A DNA stretch of 64,000 nucleotides, from NCBI GenBank assembly GCA_963815625.1, contig CAWFHG010000004.1, positions 14,667 through 78,666 of the forward strand, in the 5' to 3' direction. Positions 51,634 through 62,108 of this stretch are shown one piece after another; the stretch's first letter is position 1, and the number at the start of each line of letters is the position of its first letter. Source of the stretch: an uncultured Methanomicrobiales archaeon. GTDB lineage: Archaea; Halobacteriota; Methanomicrobia; Methanomicrobiales; Methanospirillaceae. Made by a program: the position numbers and the translations under genes. The notes under the pieces are model-generated. The model saw nothing but the letters and a program-made list of their open reading frames with translations, ran no database searches and had not been told where the DNA came from.

Positions 51634-52581
51634 TTAATGTTGGCCTTTCCATGAAAGGCAGATAAGGCCTGCACCTATACTGACAATTACAAGGATTGCC
51701 CCGGGGGCAGGGACCGTCGTTCTCGATACCGGAACGGTGGTTTGAGTAGTTGGGATGTTTGTTGTTAGTGGGGGGCTTGTCAACGATGTTACAATCCGGG
51801 TTGTTACAACGGTTGTAACGGGCAGGGAAACAGGCACCCTGGTTGTAACGGGTGCAGGCGGCGTGGTCTGCACCGGTTTAATGGTTGTTGGCGTCAATGA
51901 AGAGGTAATAAGTGGGTTTATACTCTGGATCAACAGGTTTCCGGGAGGTGTAACCGGCGTAATCGTTTTTCCCGGCACATTATAGTTATCATTCATGCTG
52001 TTTGCGTTGCACTCAGCCCAGACCGAATAGGTCCCCGATGAATAAGACCCGGTGCTCCATACAGGACCTGTGGAATACGGTGATGTCCCGACAGGAATAT
52101 CCACGAGGCTGGTACCTGAAACCGAGGAATATTCCGCACCATCCGGAGATCGGATATGGATTGTCACCGGTGCACCAGCAACATTCCGGTTTGCCATCTG
52201 GTAGATGTTAGATACAATACGGAAACCGATCTGGTCCCCTTTGGGCACCCAGCGAGTTGTCCCGACTACCTGGAAGTCGAGTGACTCATCGTATATCTGG
52301 AGGGTCAGGGTGGGATCTTCCACGTAGAATGCAAGTTTTCGCCCGGGAAAGGTATACCATGGCCCGGTTTTCCCAATAAATGACGATGGCGCAATATAGT
52401 AGGCCCTGGCATCGTCAACCACGAAGGTCGTTGTCGGCGCCCCTGTCTGAACATCTGCATTGCCAAACCATGCTATCGTGGATCCTGTCGTAACACCGGT
52501 TTGGCGTATGTCGAGCCCCTCCTCTCCAACAAAGGCGGTTCCACCCAGGGGAATCGTATTAAGAGACGCTACAGCAGGCAT
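51634..52581 (-). CDS. cell-surface protein with Thr/Pro-rich stalk and C-terminal TM anchor (DUF3821-like)
   Basis: A globular beta-rich domain, then a T/P/V-rich stalk ending in PAPGAILVIVSIGAGLICLS plus a short basic tail. This looks like a PGF-CTERM-type sorting signal. A signal-peptide-like stretch (KFCFIACIFAITFLA) precedes the ATG in frame without a start codon. A GTG at 52642 in another frame suggests an N-terminal frameshift. Confidence 0.6.
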   Translation of the reverse strand: MPAVASLNTIPLGGTAFVGEEGLDIRQTGVTTGSTIAWFGNADVQTGAPTTTFVVDDARAYYIAPSSFIGKTGPWYTFPGRKLAFYVEDPTLTLQIYDESLDFQVVGTTRWVPKGDQIGFRIVSNIYQMANRNVAGAPVTIHIRSPDGAEYSSVSGTSLVDIPVGTSPYSTGPVWSTGSYSSGTYSVWAECNANSMNDNYNVPGKTITPVTPPGNLLIQSINPLITSSLTPTTIKPVQTTPPAPVTTRVPVSLPVTTVVTTRIVTSLTSPPLTTNIPTTQTTVPVSRTTVPAPGAILVIVSIGAGLICLSWKGQH

Positions 52582-52894
52582 TGCAAGAAATGTTATCGCA
52601 AAAATGCATGCAATGAAACAGAATTTATATAAGGTCTTTCACGAATCTCACATCCAGAAATTCTTCAGCAGGTTTATTGTTTATTGGTACTGACTGGATA
52701 GTCCAGCATCGAGATAAACATTCTTCTACCGGATCTTTAGGAGGGGGTGCGCAACCCAATTGATCGTCGTCGTTATTTTTATCTATCCTATTTTGAGGTA
52801 ACAATTCGTAAAAAGGGAAAAATTGAATTTTATTCCGGTTGGAACATTTAACCGGATCAAACAGTCCACTAAAAAATAGCAGAGTGGTCGGGTC

Positions 52895-54098
52895 TTAACC
52901 GAAAAGGGAGGTAATGGCAGTCCACATGTTACCGAAACCCTGGGTAATAATTACACCGGGGTCAACATGGAGGATCGGGATAATGAAGAAGATGTACGCA
53001 AAGGTTCCAATCGTGCTCCCCACATTTGCCATCGCTGCAACGATGACCACGCGGAACAGCGGGATTTTCCACATTTCGGTAAAACTTTCTGCTTCGAAGA
53101 TCCGCTTGAAGTCCGATGGGGCAGGTTTCCGTATCTTTGCTTCGACAATTGCAGCAGAACCAGCCCGCTGCGATTAATGGATTTAATGCAGTAAACCACG
53201 ACACAGCAAATCCTGTCAGTGCAGAAAGCGGGTGACCTTTCGCCGCAAGGGTGAAAACTGCCGTAAGCGCCCCATGGATGACAACCCAGTAAATCAGCGC
53301 CATGGCGAGGACCTCCCATCCCGACACCCGAAAATGCAATCGCCGCGAGAAACAGGGCAAATACAAGGGTGACCCCGATACCGAATATTTTTCCCCACGG
53401 CACGGGTTTGATATCCTTTACAAGATCCTCTATCGGGGGAAGCGTTTCAGGCGCATCAAGGAACTTTTTCACGCCTTCAACATGACCGGCACCGATAACA
53501 ACAAGGACTCGCTCGTAATTCTTCAGGAGACGGATAATCTGGTCTGCAAGATATGCATCACGTTCGTCGATGAGGGCCCTGGCTCCGTTCGGGGAGAATT
53601 TACGGAACTCGGCCATCGCCATCTCCATGACATCCTGTTTCTTGAGTTCTTCGACGTCAATTTTCTCATCACCGGTACTCAGGACAGAAACGGCGAGGAT
53701 GTAGACCATCCTGATCTTCTCAAAGAGCGACAGGGCATGCCAGAAACGGTGGAGCGTGATACGCAGGTCCCTGTCGATAAGCGCGATACCGATCACCCCG
53801 CGACTCTGCCTCACTTATTGCCGCTTTCATCTCTGCACCGGGTTCAACGCCGACGTCCAGACCTACCTTACGCTGGAGATAGGATAGTATCCACTGTACA
53901 AGGAGCTGATTGAAGTTACCTGCCTCAATGACCTCAGAAACATTCCGGTGCAGCAGCCTGTTTTTTCACGGCTGCATACCGGGGTGGATCAAGTTCCACT
54001 GCGATTACATCGGGATTAAACTCCAGGACTGCCTCCCGGACCTCTTCGATACTTTTCTGCGAGACGTGTGCTGTCCCGACAATTCTTACTTCACTCAT
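52895..54098 (-). pseudogene. TraB/pheromone-shutdown family protein, at least four frameshifts
   Basis: [20 protein letters not shown] start at 54098. The middle is in ORF 52951..53814 (IALIDRDLRITL..., VVIGAGHVEG). The TM-rich C-terminus is spread over two further frames and ends FGNMWTAITSLFG-stop at 52895-52897. Confidence 0.65.
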
Positions 54099-54315
54099 AT
54101 ATTTATCCTGGATCCCGTAACATCGACCACAAACAGGACCGTCACATTATTGGTGGCAGACTGTTGGTGTATTCCCTCACGATATATTCTAAAGCTGTTC
54201 CAGCATGCTATCTCTCATAAGGACCATTTCACGCAGTTCAGCTCCTGATCACAGCCTGATAATGCCGTCCTCGCCCTGACAATTGCGGTCCATAGAAATC
54301 CTGACGGATTACTTA

Positions 54316-54876
54316 TCAGGATTGCCCGAGCGTTATCTGGTTGAAATTTTCGTATACGAGGCGCCCATTCTCACTGTGACTCACCTCGGGGTGCCACTGG
54401 AGACCGTATATCTGCTTTTCCGGGAGCGCTAAAGCTTCATTTCGACATATCACCGATTGAGCGAGCCTGGTGAACTCCCGGCGGGACCGTAACAACTTCG
54501 TCGGCATGGGATGCCCATACCCGGATTTTTTCCGGGTACCGGAGAGGATCCCGTCATTCTCTATGATCTCGATGTCAACCGCACCATAACCCCCTGACCT
54601 GCCGGGTTCAACCTTCCCGCCAAATGTTGAAGCGATTACATGGAGTCCAAGGCAGATACCTAGGACTGGAAGACCTAGTTTGCAGTATTCGCTGCAGTTA
54701 CCGGCCCTCTCTATCGCCGGCCCTCCACCGAGGACAATTCCCCTGCAGGAGCCGCTTACTTCATCCGGGGGGGTGGTGTTGTTTATCATGACCGAGTCAA
54801 TATCGAGATCACGAAGCATCCGCTGGATCAGGTGGTTAAACTGACCAAAATTATTGACTACATAGATTGGGAGCAT
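54316..54876 (-). CDS. guaAa: GMP synthase (glutamine-hydrolysing) subunit A, class I amidotransferase
   Basis: GICLG nucleophile elbow and GLQWHPEV. An internal roughly 22-codon out-of-frame stretch lies between about 54475 and 54537. The alternative frame there reads the expected PEKIRVWASHADEVVTVPPG. Confidence 0.8.
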   Translation of the reverse strand: MLPIYVVNNFGQFNHLIQRMLRDLDIDSVMINNTTPPDEVSGSCRGIVLGGGPAIERAGNCSEYCKLGLPVLGICLGLHVIASTFGGKVEPGRSGGYGAVDIEIIENDGILSGTRKKSGYGHPMPTKLLRSRREFTRLAQSVICRNEALALPEKQIYGLQWHPEVSHSENGRLVYENFNQITLGQS

Positions 54877-54916
54877 TCGCGGTAAAAGTTTGGTCGCCGG
54901 GGATGATAAGTCCTGT

Positions 54917-55927
54917 TCAATGGTACCTGCTTACGGTCGAAAAGATCTTGTGTCGGATACCTTCGGTCGTGAACCCCTGGAGGTTTGCAAGGAACATCGC
55001 TCCCCCGGCACCCATCCCTTCCTTCACCTCGCCAATGCAGTATCGTGCAAGGCCCGGGTGCCCGATTTCTCCAAAGCCGGGGTCGACAGAGTAAATTTTC
55101 GCACCAATTGCCTGTCCCATGCCCGTAATGTCTGCCCCGGGGTCGTTCCTGACATAGCAGGTCATAGCGATGCCGGGCACCTCTTTTCCCATTGCTTTCA
55201 ATATCGCAGCAACTGCGAGCATCTGGGTTCCCCCGGCAAGAAGCACGTTTCTTCTGCAGCCGCTGACAATCCCCGCGGCAGCCACCATCATCGGGTCACC
55301 GGTAACCCGGACAATCTCAAGGGGGTGTTCGGGATTAAATGTCCCAGCCCTCACTCGAACAGCATCCCAGATCTGTTCCTTTGTGTCAACAGGGTTTGTC
55401 ACGTAACTGCTGCTTACGCGGGCAGGGTAACCGAGAGCCCGTAAAACGCAGAGCGCGGTTGTTGTTCCTCCGGGAACACACTCCCCAAGAACAAGGAGAT
55501 CTGAATACCCCGATAATAGCCGGCCCACGGACTCGCCTTTTGAAAAAATATCCTTAGCCCCGGGCACGGCATCCGAATACCTTGGGTCTTCGCCAGGGAA
55601 TCCGTAGAGATCAAGACAGGGAACCGTCGGGGTATGCACAAGCCCTGCATTAATAAAAAGCGGGGTCATTTCAAGGAGTTCCATGACGGCCCTTGTAATT
55701 GTCGCGGGTGTCGGGCAGCCGGTAGGAGTATTTGGCCGGACTGGCATGCTGGTGATGGTCCCGTTCGTAATCAGCTCGGCATCGAGAACCGGTGTGAGAA
55801 GGGTTTTCTCCGCGGTCGGCCCTGCACCGGAAACACCTGGGACCGCGGAAAGCATGGTGTTTGCCAGGATACCAACAAAAAGTGGGTTATCTGCTCTTTT
55901 CAACCCGTGAGGGGTAACAAATGCCAT
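54917..55927 (-). CDS. CobT-like nicotinate-nucleotide--dimethylbenzimidazole phosphoribosyltransferase homologue (UPF0284/TIGR00303)
   Basis: ATG 55927 (MAFVTPHGLKRADNPLFVGILANT) inside ORF 54917..56224. GECVPGGTTTA and GGTQM motifs match the archaeal CobT-like family. Confidence 0.7.
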   Translation of the reverse strand: MAFVTPHGLKRADNPLFVGILANTMLSAVPGVSGAGPTAEKTLLTPVLDAELITNGTITSMPVRPNTPTGCPTPATITRAVMELLEMTPLFINAGLVHTPTVPCLDLYGFPGEDPRYSDAVPGAKDIFSKGESVGRLLSGYSDLLVLGECVPGGTTTALCVLRALGYPARVSSSYVTNPVDTKEQIWDAVRVRAGTFNPEHPLEIVRVTGDPMMVAAAGIVSGCRRNVLLAGGTQMLAVAAILKAMGKEVPGIAMTCYVRNDPGADITGMGQAIGAKIYSVDPGFGEIGHPGLARYCIGEVKEGMGAGGAMFLANLQGFTTEGIRHKIFSTVSRYH

Positions 55928-56101
55928 TCTTAATACCACCTGATGGACGAAATGTGCCTCCGCCCCGTATACCTTTACTATCACGGGCTTTTTTATCTTC
56001 AAGGTATCCCGGGAGAATCGGACAGATTCTGTCCAACGAAAAAATGATACCCTGACTTGTAAATCGCACTCTATAATTACAGGCGGGAGAACTACTATGT
56101 A

Positions 56102-56545
56102 ATGTTTGAAATTGAGCAGCGCCTGCTTGAGAAAGGAGTGACCCCGGGCGCAATCGTCGACAGTGCGATGGAGTTGTACGTCGGACATGGGATGGATCCT
56201 GAAGAGGCACGTACCGTGCTGCACATGAAAATAACGAAGAACTTCAGGGACCCGAATGTCTCATCCCTGCTGCTTGGGGCCATCCTCCTTGAAGACGAAC
56301 TTTACTGGAAACGGAAGAACTCAGAGATTAAAGACGACCCGGTCTTCCTGCTTTCGGATGAGATAATTGGTATGGCAATAGCCGAGTGCATCGGAGGCAC
56401 CTATGCCAGGTTTGAATTCACCCGCTACGACCAGAAAAAGCCAGGGATCCTCGGGACTCTCGGTCCGTTCCTTGATGATGCCGTTGCCGGCCTGATTGCA
56501 GGATGTACCTCACGCCTTTATACAGAATGTTTTGAATGTGCCTGA
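56102..56545 (+). CDS. cobZ: PgpA-fold phosphatase, CobZ-like (alpha-ribazole-phosphate phosphatase candidate)
   Basis: PgpA-family features (GPFLDDAVAGLIAG). It is located between the cobT-like gene and cobS, as for Methanosarcina CobZ. Confidence 0.6.
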   Translation: MFEIEQRLLEKGVTPGAIVDSAMELYVGHGMDPEEARTVLHMKITKNFRDPNVSSLLLGAILLEDELYWKRKNSEIKDDPVFLLSDEIIGMAIAECIGGTYARFEFTRYDQKKPGILGTLGPFLDDAVAGLIAGCTSRLYTECFECA

Positions 56546-57253
56546 AATCGATTCATCGCCCTGTTACAATTCTGCACGGTCTTACCACTCGGTAAAGCGC
56601 AGGAATTTGAGTACTTTGCAAAAAGGACATGGTTATATCCCGTTGCAGGTTACATAACAGGAGGATTCGCAGCCCTTGTATCCTTCTGGATAGCAGATCC
56701 TGCAATCGCAGCGGCGGTTGCAATTGCCGGTCTTCTCCTTATAACAGGATGCAATCATTTCGATGGCCTCCTCGACCTGGGTGATGGCCTGATGGCTCAC
56801 GGGGGAAGCGAACGACGTATCAGCGCCCTCACTGACCGGCAGATTGGCACCGGTGCATTTGCCCTTGCTATCTCAATCGTCCTGATAACATGGGCAGGTC
56901 TGCAGGCTGCATATCCCATCATCTGGGTCCTTATCCTGTCGGAGGTGTGTGCTAAATTTTCAATGGTCGTTCTCACGGTGTCGGGCATACCATTCCGCAA
57001 GGGGATCCATGCATATCTCCATGAACAGAGTCATCCCGCGTTTCTGATTTACGCCGCCATTCTCTGTATACCCCTTGCGTTTTTACCAGTTTCACCCCTG
57101 AAACTTGTTGCGGCAGCAGTACTCATGGTTGTCGTACCAGTTATCCTGCTTGCAGTCTCCACAAAAGCTTTTGGCGGGGTGAATGGCGATGTTGTCGGTG
57201 CCTCAAATGAGATAACCAGGGCCTTTGTCATTATAGCGGTCGTATTAATCTGA
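56536..57253 (+). CDS. cobS: adenosylcobinamide-GDP ribazoletransferase (cobalamin synthase; frameshift near 56548)
   Basis: ATG 56536 overlaps the cobZ end. After 4-5 codons the frame changes to RFIALLQFCTVLPLG...ITGCNHFDGLLDLGDGL...TDRQIGTGAF, which is the CobS signature and continues into ORF 56792..57253. Confidence 0.8.
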
Positions 57254-57325
57254 AAATCGAAAATGCCTGGATTAGCCTGAACTATCATACAGTTTAAGAA
57301 CGAGACAGGGGTAAGAGTGATCAAG

Positions 57326-58201
57326 ATGAAACGTAATACCGAGGTACACATGAAGGGTGGTGTCATTACCGAGCGGGACGCGGACTTCTGCACCGTCCGT
57401 ACAAGAATTCCAGCAGGTATTGTTACGTTGGGGCAGGTCCAGGGAATCGCAAAAATTATGAAAAAGTATGGTAAGGACATGATCCACCTTACTACCCGGC
57501 AGACGATCGAGATCCCGCATGTGAACCCGAAAGTTCTCCCAAAACTCGCAGTTGACCTTGAAAAGAACGGCACACCAATAGGATCCGAACGGGATGAGGT
57601 AGTGAATATTGTCGCCTGTCCGGGTCTCGAACGTTGTGTTTTTGCCAATATCGATTCCGGTAAACTGGCAAAGATGATCGATCAGCGATTTTTCGGCAAG
57701 GAAATGCCGGTGAAGGTCCGTATTTCCATCTCGGGGTGCCCGAACGGCTGCACGAGCCCGATGCTCAATGAGATCGGCATCAGCGGCAGAGTTGACCCAC
57801 TGAGGACACCGGGACTCTGTACAGGCTGTGGCAGTTGTGTGATGTATTGCCGTGAAGATGCCATCCGCATTAAAAACGGTATATCTGTGCTCAATGAGGA
57901 CCTGTGCATAAGCTGTGGCACCTGTGTGCGGTCTTGTCCCTTCGAACTCCTGAAATCAAAAGGTACCCGTTACCTGGTGACTGTCGGGGGGAGGAGGGGG
58001 CGGCACCCGCATATCGGCCGGGAACTAATCTCACTTTCGGATCCACAGGATGTCGTCGATGTGGTCGAAAAAGTTGTAACATGGATATACCGGAGAGCAT
58101 GGAGTGGCAGGCACCTTTACGAGCAGATGGATGAACTTCAGTTTGAGCAGTTTAAAGATGAGATTATGTCAAAAGCTGCGGTAACGAAAGATGCGAACTG
58201 A
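57326..58201 (+). CDS. small sulfite/nitrite reductase-like protein with ferredoxin insert (Dsr-like protein)
   Basis: Nitrite/sulfite reductase fold elements (TTRQTIEI, CPGLERC, SGCPNGC) plus two CxxCxxCxxxCP motifs (CTGCGSCVMYC, CISCGTCVRSCP). Confidence 0.7.
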   Translation: MKRNTEVHMKGGVITERDADFCTVRTRIPAGIVTLGQVQGIAKIMKKYGKDMIHLTTRQTIEIPHVNPKVLPKLAVDLEKNGTPIGSERDEVVNIVACPGLERCVFANIDSGKLAKMIDQRFFGKEMPVKVRISISGCPNGCTSPMLNEIGISGRVDPLRTPGLCTGCGSCVMYCREDAIRIKNGISVLNEDLCISCGTCVRSCPFELLKSKGTRYLVTVGGRRGRHPHIGRELISLSDPQDVVDVVEKVVTWIYRRAWSGRHLYEQMDELQFEQFKDEIMSKAAVTKDAN

Positions 58202-58220
58202 TACGGGTATCATCAGTGAT

Positions 58221-58520
58221 TCACCGGTACCGGCTCTGGTACCCTGCACCTGTATCATCATCACATTCAATCGCATCGCCGTCCCTGACAAGCAGGTTGA
58301 ACTGGAGGGCTGCATTCAATAGTCCTTCATCATCTGCAGTCCCCCGCCGGATGTCATTCAAGACTTGTTCCTGGGGTGAAGGGTAGAGACGCGACCCCAT
58401 GCGGACGCCCCTGCAGTGTTTACAATATCCGCAGTAACGATATACTGACAATATTCCTGTGCTGCATTCAACTCTCACGTCGCTTTTTTTTTCATCCCGG
58501 TGCATCGACAATGTCTTCAT
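58221..58520 (-). CDS. Cys-rich hypothetical protein
   Basis: 99-aa ORF with a YCGYCKHC cluster. No family recognised. Weak support. Confidence 0.25.
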   Translation of the reverse strand: MKTLSMHRDEKKSDVRVECSTGILSVYRYCGYCKHCRGVRMGSRLYPSPQEQVLNDIRRGTADDEGLLNAALQFNLLVRDGDAIECDDDTGAGYQSRYR

Positions 58521-58694
58521 AGCTACCCGTGAGATACATCATTTCGTGATATCACTCTGCCGGTTTACTTGGAAATCAGGGGAATTGCCGCCATTCGGGC
58601 TTATCGAAATGATTAATATAGATGCGTCTCCAATAAGTAATACTCGCATAAATAGGCTGTAGAGAGACAGTCCCATATTTATCGGAGGATGGTT

Positions 58695-59973
58695 ATGGCA
58701 GCTGAGAAGCCTCACATGAATCTGGCAGTGATCGGACACATCGACCACGGGAAGTCTACTACCGTAGGTCGGATGATGTTCGAGACTGGAGCTGTACCCG
58801 CGCATATTATCGAGGGGTACCGTAAAGAAGCCGAATCTAAGGGAAAGGCAACATTCGAGTTCGCCTGGGTTATGGATAACCTGAAGGAAGAGCGTGAACG
58901 TGGTATCACTATCGATATCGCACACAAGCGGTTCGATACACCGAAGTTCTACTTTACCGTCGTGGATTGTCCAGGGCACAGGGACTTCGTGAAGAACATG
59001 ATCACCGGTGCATCACAGGCCGATGCCGCAATTCTTGTTGTCGCAGCAGCCGATGGCGTAATGGACCAGACCAAGGAGCATGTCTTCCTTTCAAGGACAC
59101 TCGGTATCACCCAGCTTATTATCGCCATCAACAAGATGGACGCGGTTAAGTATGATCAGAAGACGGTTCGAAGAAGTCAAGAAAGATCTCTCGGCACTCC
59201 TCTCGATGGTCGGGTACAAACCTTCGGAAATTCTCTTTATCCCCATCAGCGCTCTTGGCGGCACAAATATCAAGGTTAATAGTCCTGAAACGCCGTGGTA
59301 TACTGGTCCGGCACTCATACCGGCACTCGACACACTAAAAGAACCTGAAAAACCCACCGACAAGCCATTCAGACTCCCCATCCAGGATGTATACAGTATT
59401 TCCGGTATCGGGACTGTCCCGGTAGGTCGTGTTGAAACAGGAATCATGAAGAAAGGCATGAAGGTATCCTTCCAGCCCGCGAACAAGGACGGGGAAATCA
59501 AGTCCATTGAGATGCACCACGAAGAAATTCCACAGGCATTGCCAGGCGACAACGTCGGGTTCAACGTCCGTGGTATTGGAAAGGGTGACATTCGTCGCGG
59601 TGATGTGTGCGGTCCGGCCGAATTACCACCAACAGTCGCTGATGAATTCACAGCACAGATCGTCATTCTCCAGCACCCAAGTGCCATCACGGTCGGGTAT
59701 ACACCGGTATTCCACTGTCATACCACGCAGACAGCATGCACATTCGTGGAGCTGAAAAAGAAACTTGACCCACGTACAGGGCAGACCAAGGAAGAGAACC
59801 CGACATTCCTGAAATCAGGAGATGCGGCAATTGTCCAGATCAAGCCCACCAAGCCGATGGTCATTGAGAACGTAAAGGATCTCCCGCAACTCGGAAGATT
59901 CGCCATCCGTGATATGGGACAGACGATCGCAGCAGGCATGTGTATTGCGGTCCAGCCCAAACAGATGAGATAA
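58695..59973 (+). CDS. tuf: translation elongation factor EF-1 alpha (frameshift near 59163)
   Basis: [17 protein letters not shown] and NKMD in ORF 58689..59279. After KYDQK the sequence continues as RFEEVKKDL... in ORF 59080..59973 (inserted A in CAGAAGaCGG). The second ATG (58695) is 7 nt after GGAGG. Confidence 0.9.
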
Positions 59974-60000
59974 TATCAATACATTTTTTGGTGAAACGAT

Positions 60001-60309
60001 ATGCAAAAAGCCAGAATACGCCTTACAGGCACAGATTTCAAGAAAGTAGAGATGGTATGCAACCGTATCAAGGAGATCGCTGAACGCACCGGCGTGAATC
60101 TGGCTGGTCCAATTCCCCTCCCGACAAAGAAACTGGTAGTCCCTATCAGAAAAAGCCCGGATGGGGAAGGGACTGCAACATGGGACCGCTGGCAGATGCG
60201 TGTCCACAAAAGACTGATCGATATCGATGCGGACGAACGTGCACTCCGCCAGTTGATGCGCACCCAGGTCCCGAAAGATATCGGCATTGAGATCGTTCTT
60301 GAGAGCTGA
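60001..60309 (+). CDS. rps10: 30S ribosomal protein S10
   Basis: [10 protein letters not shown]...THKRLIDI pattern, 102 aa, directly after tuf as in most archaea. Confidence 0.9.
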   Translation: MQKARIRLTGTDFKKVEMVCNRIKEIAERTGVNLAGPIPLPTKKLVVPIRKSPDGEGTATWDRWQMRVHKRLIDIDADERALRQLMRTQVPKDIGIEIVLES

Positions 60310-60317
60310 GGGACGGC

Positions 60318-62108
60318 GTGTCAGCCGCCACTTTTTTTTCCGGAATAACAAAAAGGCTCTCTTTTGAGAGATGTTTTCTTTTAATTCTCATCCTCACCAT
60401 CATACTGCGGTTTGCATTCCTCGACCTGAAATTGTTTCACCACGACGAGGCAATTCATGCATGGTTCTCGTATGAGCTCGTAACTAAAGGGGTATATGCC
60501 TACGATCCAATGTACCACGGACCGTTGCTCTATTACCTGACCGCCGGTATGTTCTGGTTATTCGGCCAGTCAGATCTTATTGCCCGCCTCCTCCCCGCAC
60601 TGTTTGGAACCCTGCTTATACCGCTAGTTTATTTTATTTACCGGCTCGGTTATCTCGATAAACGGCAGGCACTCGTCGCTGCATTATTCATTGCAATTTC
60701 CCCTGACCTGGTCTATTTCTCCCGGTTCCTCAGGCACGATGTATTCCAGCTCTTTTTTACCCTGCTGATCCTGGTTGCCCTGCTGTATTACCTGAATTCA
60801 GGGAAACTGCGGTTCGCATTGTTTGCGGGAATCGGGGTTGCAGGGGGGATGGCCCTCAAGGAGGACATGCCGATATTCCTCCTGATCTTCCTGGTATTCG
60901 GGCTTTATCTCTTGGCCACTAAAAAGATTGTGTTGCCTAGGACATGGAAACGGGACGCTTTTTTGGGCCTCCTACTCGCGGTTGCAATTCTTTCAATATT
61001 GTATTCCTCCTTCGGAATGCATTTTGAGATCCTTGAAACGGGATGGATCAATGCCTATAACCACTGGACAGCAATGTCCAACCAGTGCCGTATATGCGGC
61101 CCATGGTTCTTCTATATCCTCCTGTTCCTGCTTTACGAGGTCCCGATTTTTATTTTGGCAATCGTTGGTATTGTCCAGTTTGGAGTTAAAGGGGGGCGGC
61201 TGAAAAACAGTATAACTGCATGTGTCGGGTACTTCAACCGTATTACAAATCGGCAGGTACCCGCATCTTCCACTCACGATCTCGTCGGGATCAGTATCAG
61301 CCAACTGCAAGAGAGCGTACAGACCAGAGCAGTTGCTAAAGACAAGCGGGATGATTTTTTTGTGTTCTGCCTGTTCTGGCTGGTAATTTCACTAGCGGCC
61401 TATGCGGTTATCGGGGAGAAAGTGCCATGGCTTATTATCCACCAGTTATTGCCGATGATCTTTGTCGCTGTCTACATGATGACGAAAAAGAAGACGATCA
61501 TCGCACTTGTCGCCTGCGTGTTCCTCATCGTCATGACATGGCATGTCGCTTTCGTCCCTGCAGATATTAACGAGCCGATCGTCCAGGTCCAGAACTCGGA
61601 AGATGTCCGGACCATCCTGAAAATAATCGATGCATCGGATGTTGTTATCATTGCATCAAAAGATTACTGGCCGTTGCCATGGTACGATCGTGGCCATGGA
61701 TGGGATAAGGTACGGTTCTATGGAGAGATCCTCAATACCTCCGAGATCTACCGTCAGCTGCCGGATATGGTCATCACCCATGACCTTGAGAGTTACCCGG
61801 AGCTAGAGGGCTACCACAAGAGGACCTACAAATTGTCGTACTGGTTCTCGGTCATCGACAACCAGGACAGGATTCCGGAGTATTATTTCCTGCGTGACGG
61901 AAAAATGGGGAGTATAAACCTCGATATCTTTACCAGAATCGGGACAAATGCCGATGAAATGATGATGAATTCCCCGGAAAGTGGTAATAGTACATGGAAA
62001 TTTTCGCTAACAACGGGTTCGGGAATCCCAAAGGGGGATCCCGTGCCACTTATTTATCCCAATCCCTTGTCCAACCTGACCAGAATATTCAACAGTCATG
62101 GTGTTTAA
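60318..62108 (+). CDS. large polytopic membrane protein, PMT_2/GT39-like glycosyltransferase fold (TIGR03663-like)
   Basis: HHDEAIHAWFSYEL motif near the N-terminus and more than 10 predicted TM helices, followed by a soluble C-terminal domain. Only a GTG start (60318) is available in frame, so the start is uncertain. Confidence 0.65.
   Translation: MSAATFFSGITKRLSFERCFLLILILTIILRFAFLDLKLFHHDEAIHAWFSYELVTKGVYAYDPMYHGPLLYYLTAGMFWLFGQSDLIARLLPALFGTLLIPLVYFIYRLGYLDKRQALVAALFIAISPDLVYFSRFLRHDVFQLFFTLLILVALLYYLNSGKLRFALFAGIGVAGGMALKEDMPIFLLIFLVFGLYLLATKKIVLPRTWKRDAFLGLLLAVAILSILYSSFGMHFEILETGWINAYNHWTAMSNQCRICGPWFFYILLFLLYEVPIFILAIVGIVQFGVKGGRLKNSITACVGYFNRITNRQVPASSTHDLVGISISQLQESVQTRAVAKDKRDDFFVFCLFWLVISLAAYAVIGEKVPWLIIHQLLPMIFVAVYMMTKKKTIIALVACVFLIVMTWHVAFVPADINEPIVQVQNSEDVRTILKIIDASDVVIIASKDYWPLPWYDRGHGWDKVRFYGEILNTSEIYRQLPDMVITHDLESYPELEGYHKRTYKLSYWFSVIDNQDRIPEYYFLRDGKMGSINLDIFTRIGTNADEMMMNSPESGNSTWKFSLTTGSGIPKGDPVPLIYPNPLSNLTRIFNSHGV

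Noticed and set aside
55928-56224. The 99-codon N-terminal extension of the CobT-like ORF.
   Set aside because: The extension overlaps the cobZ start region on the opposite strand and has no family similarity. The conserved protein begins at MAFVTPHG (ATG 55927).
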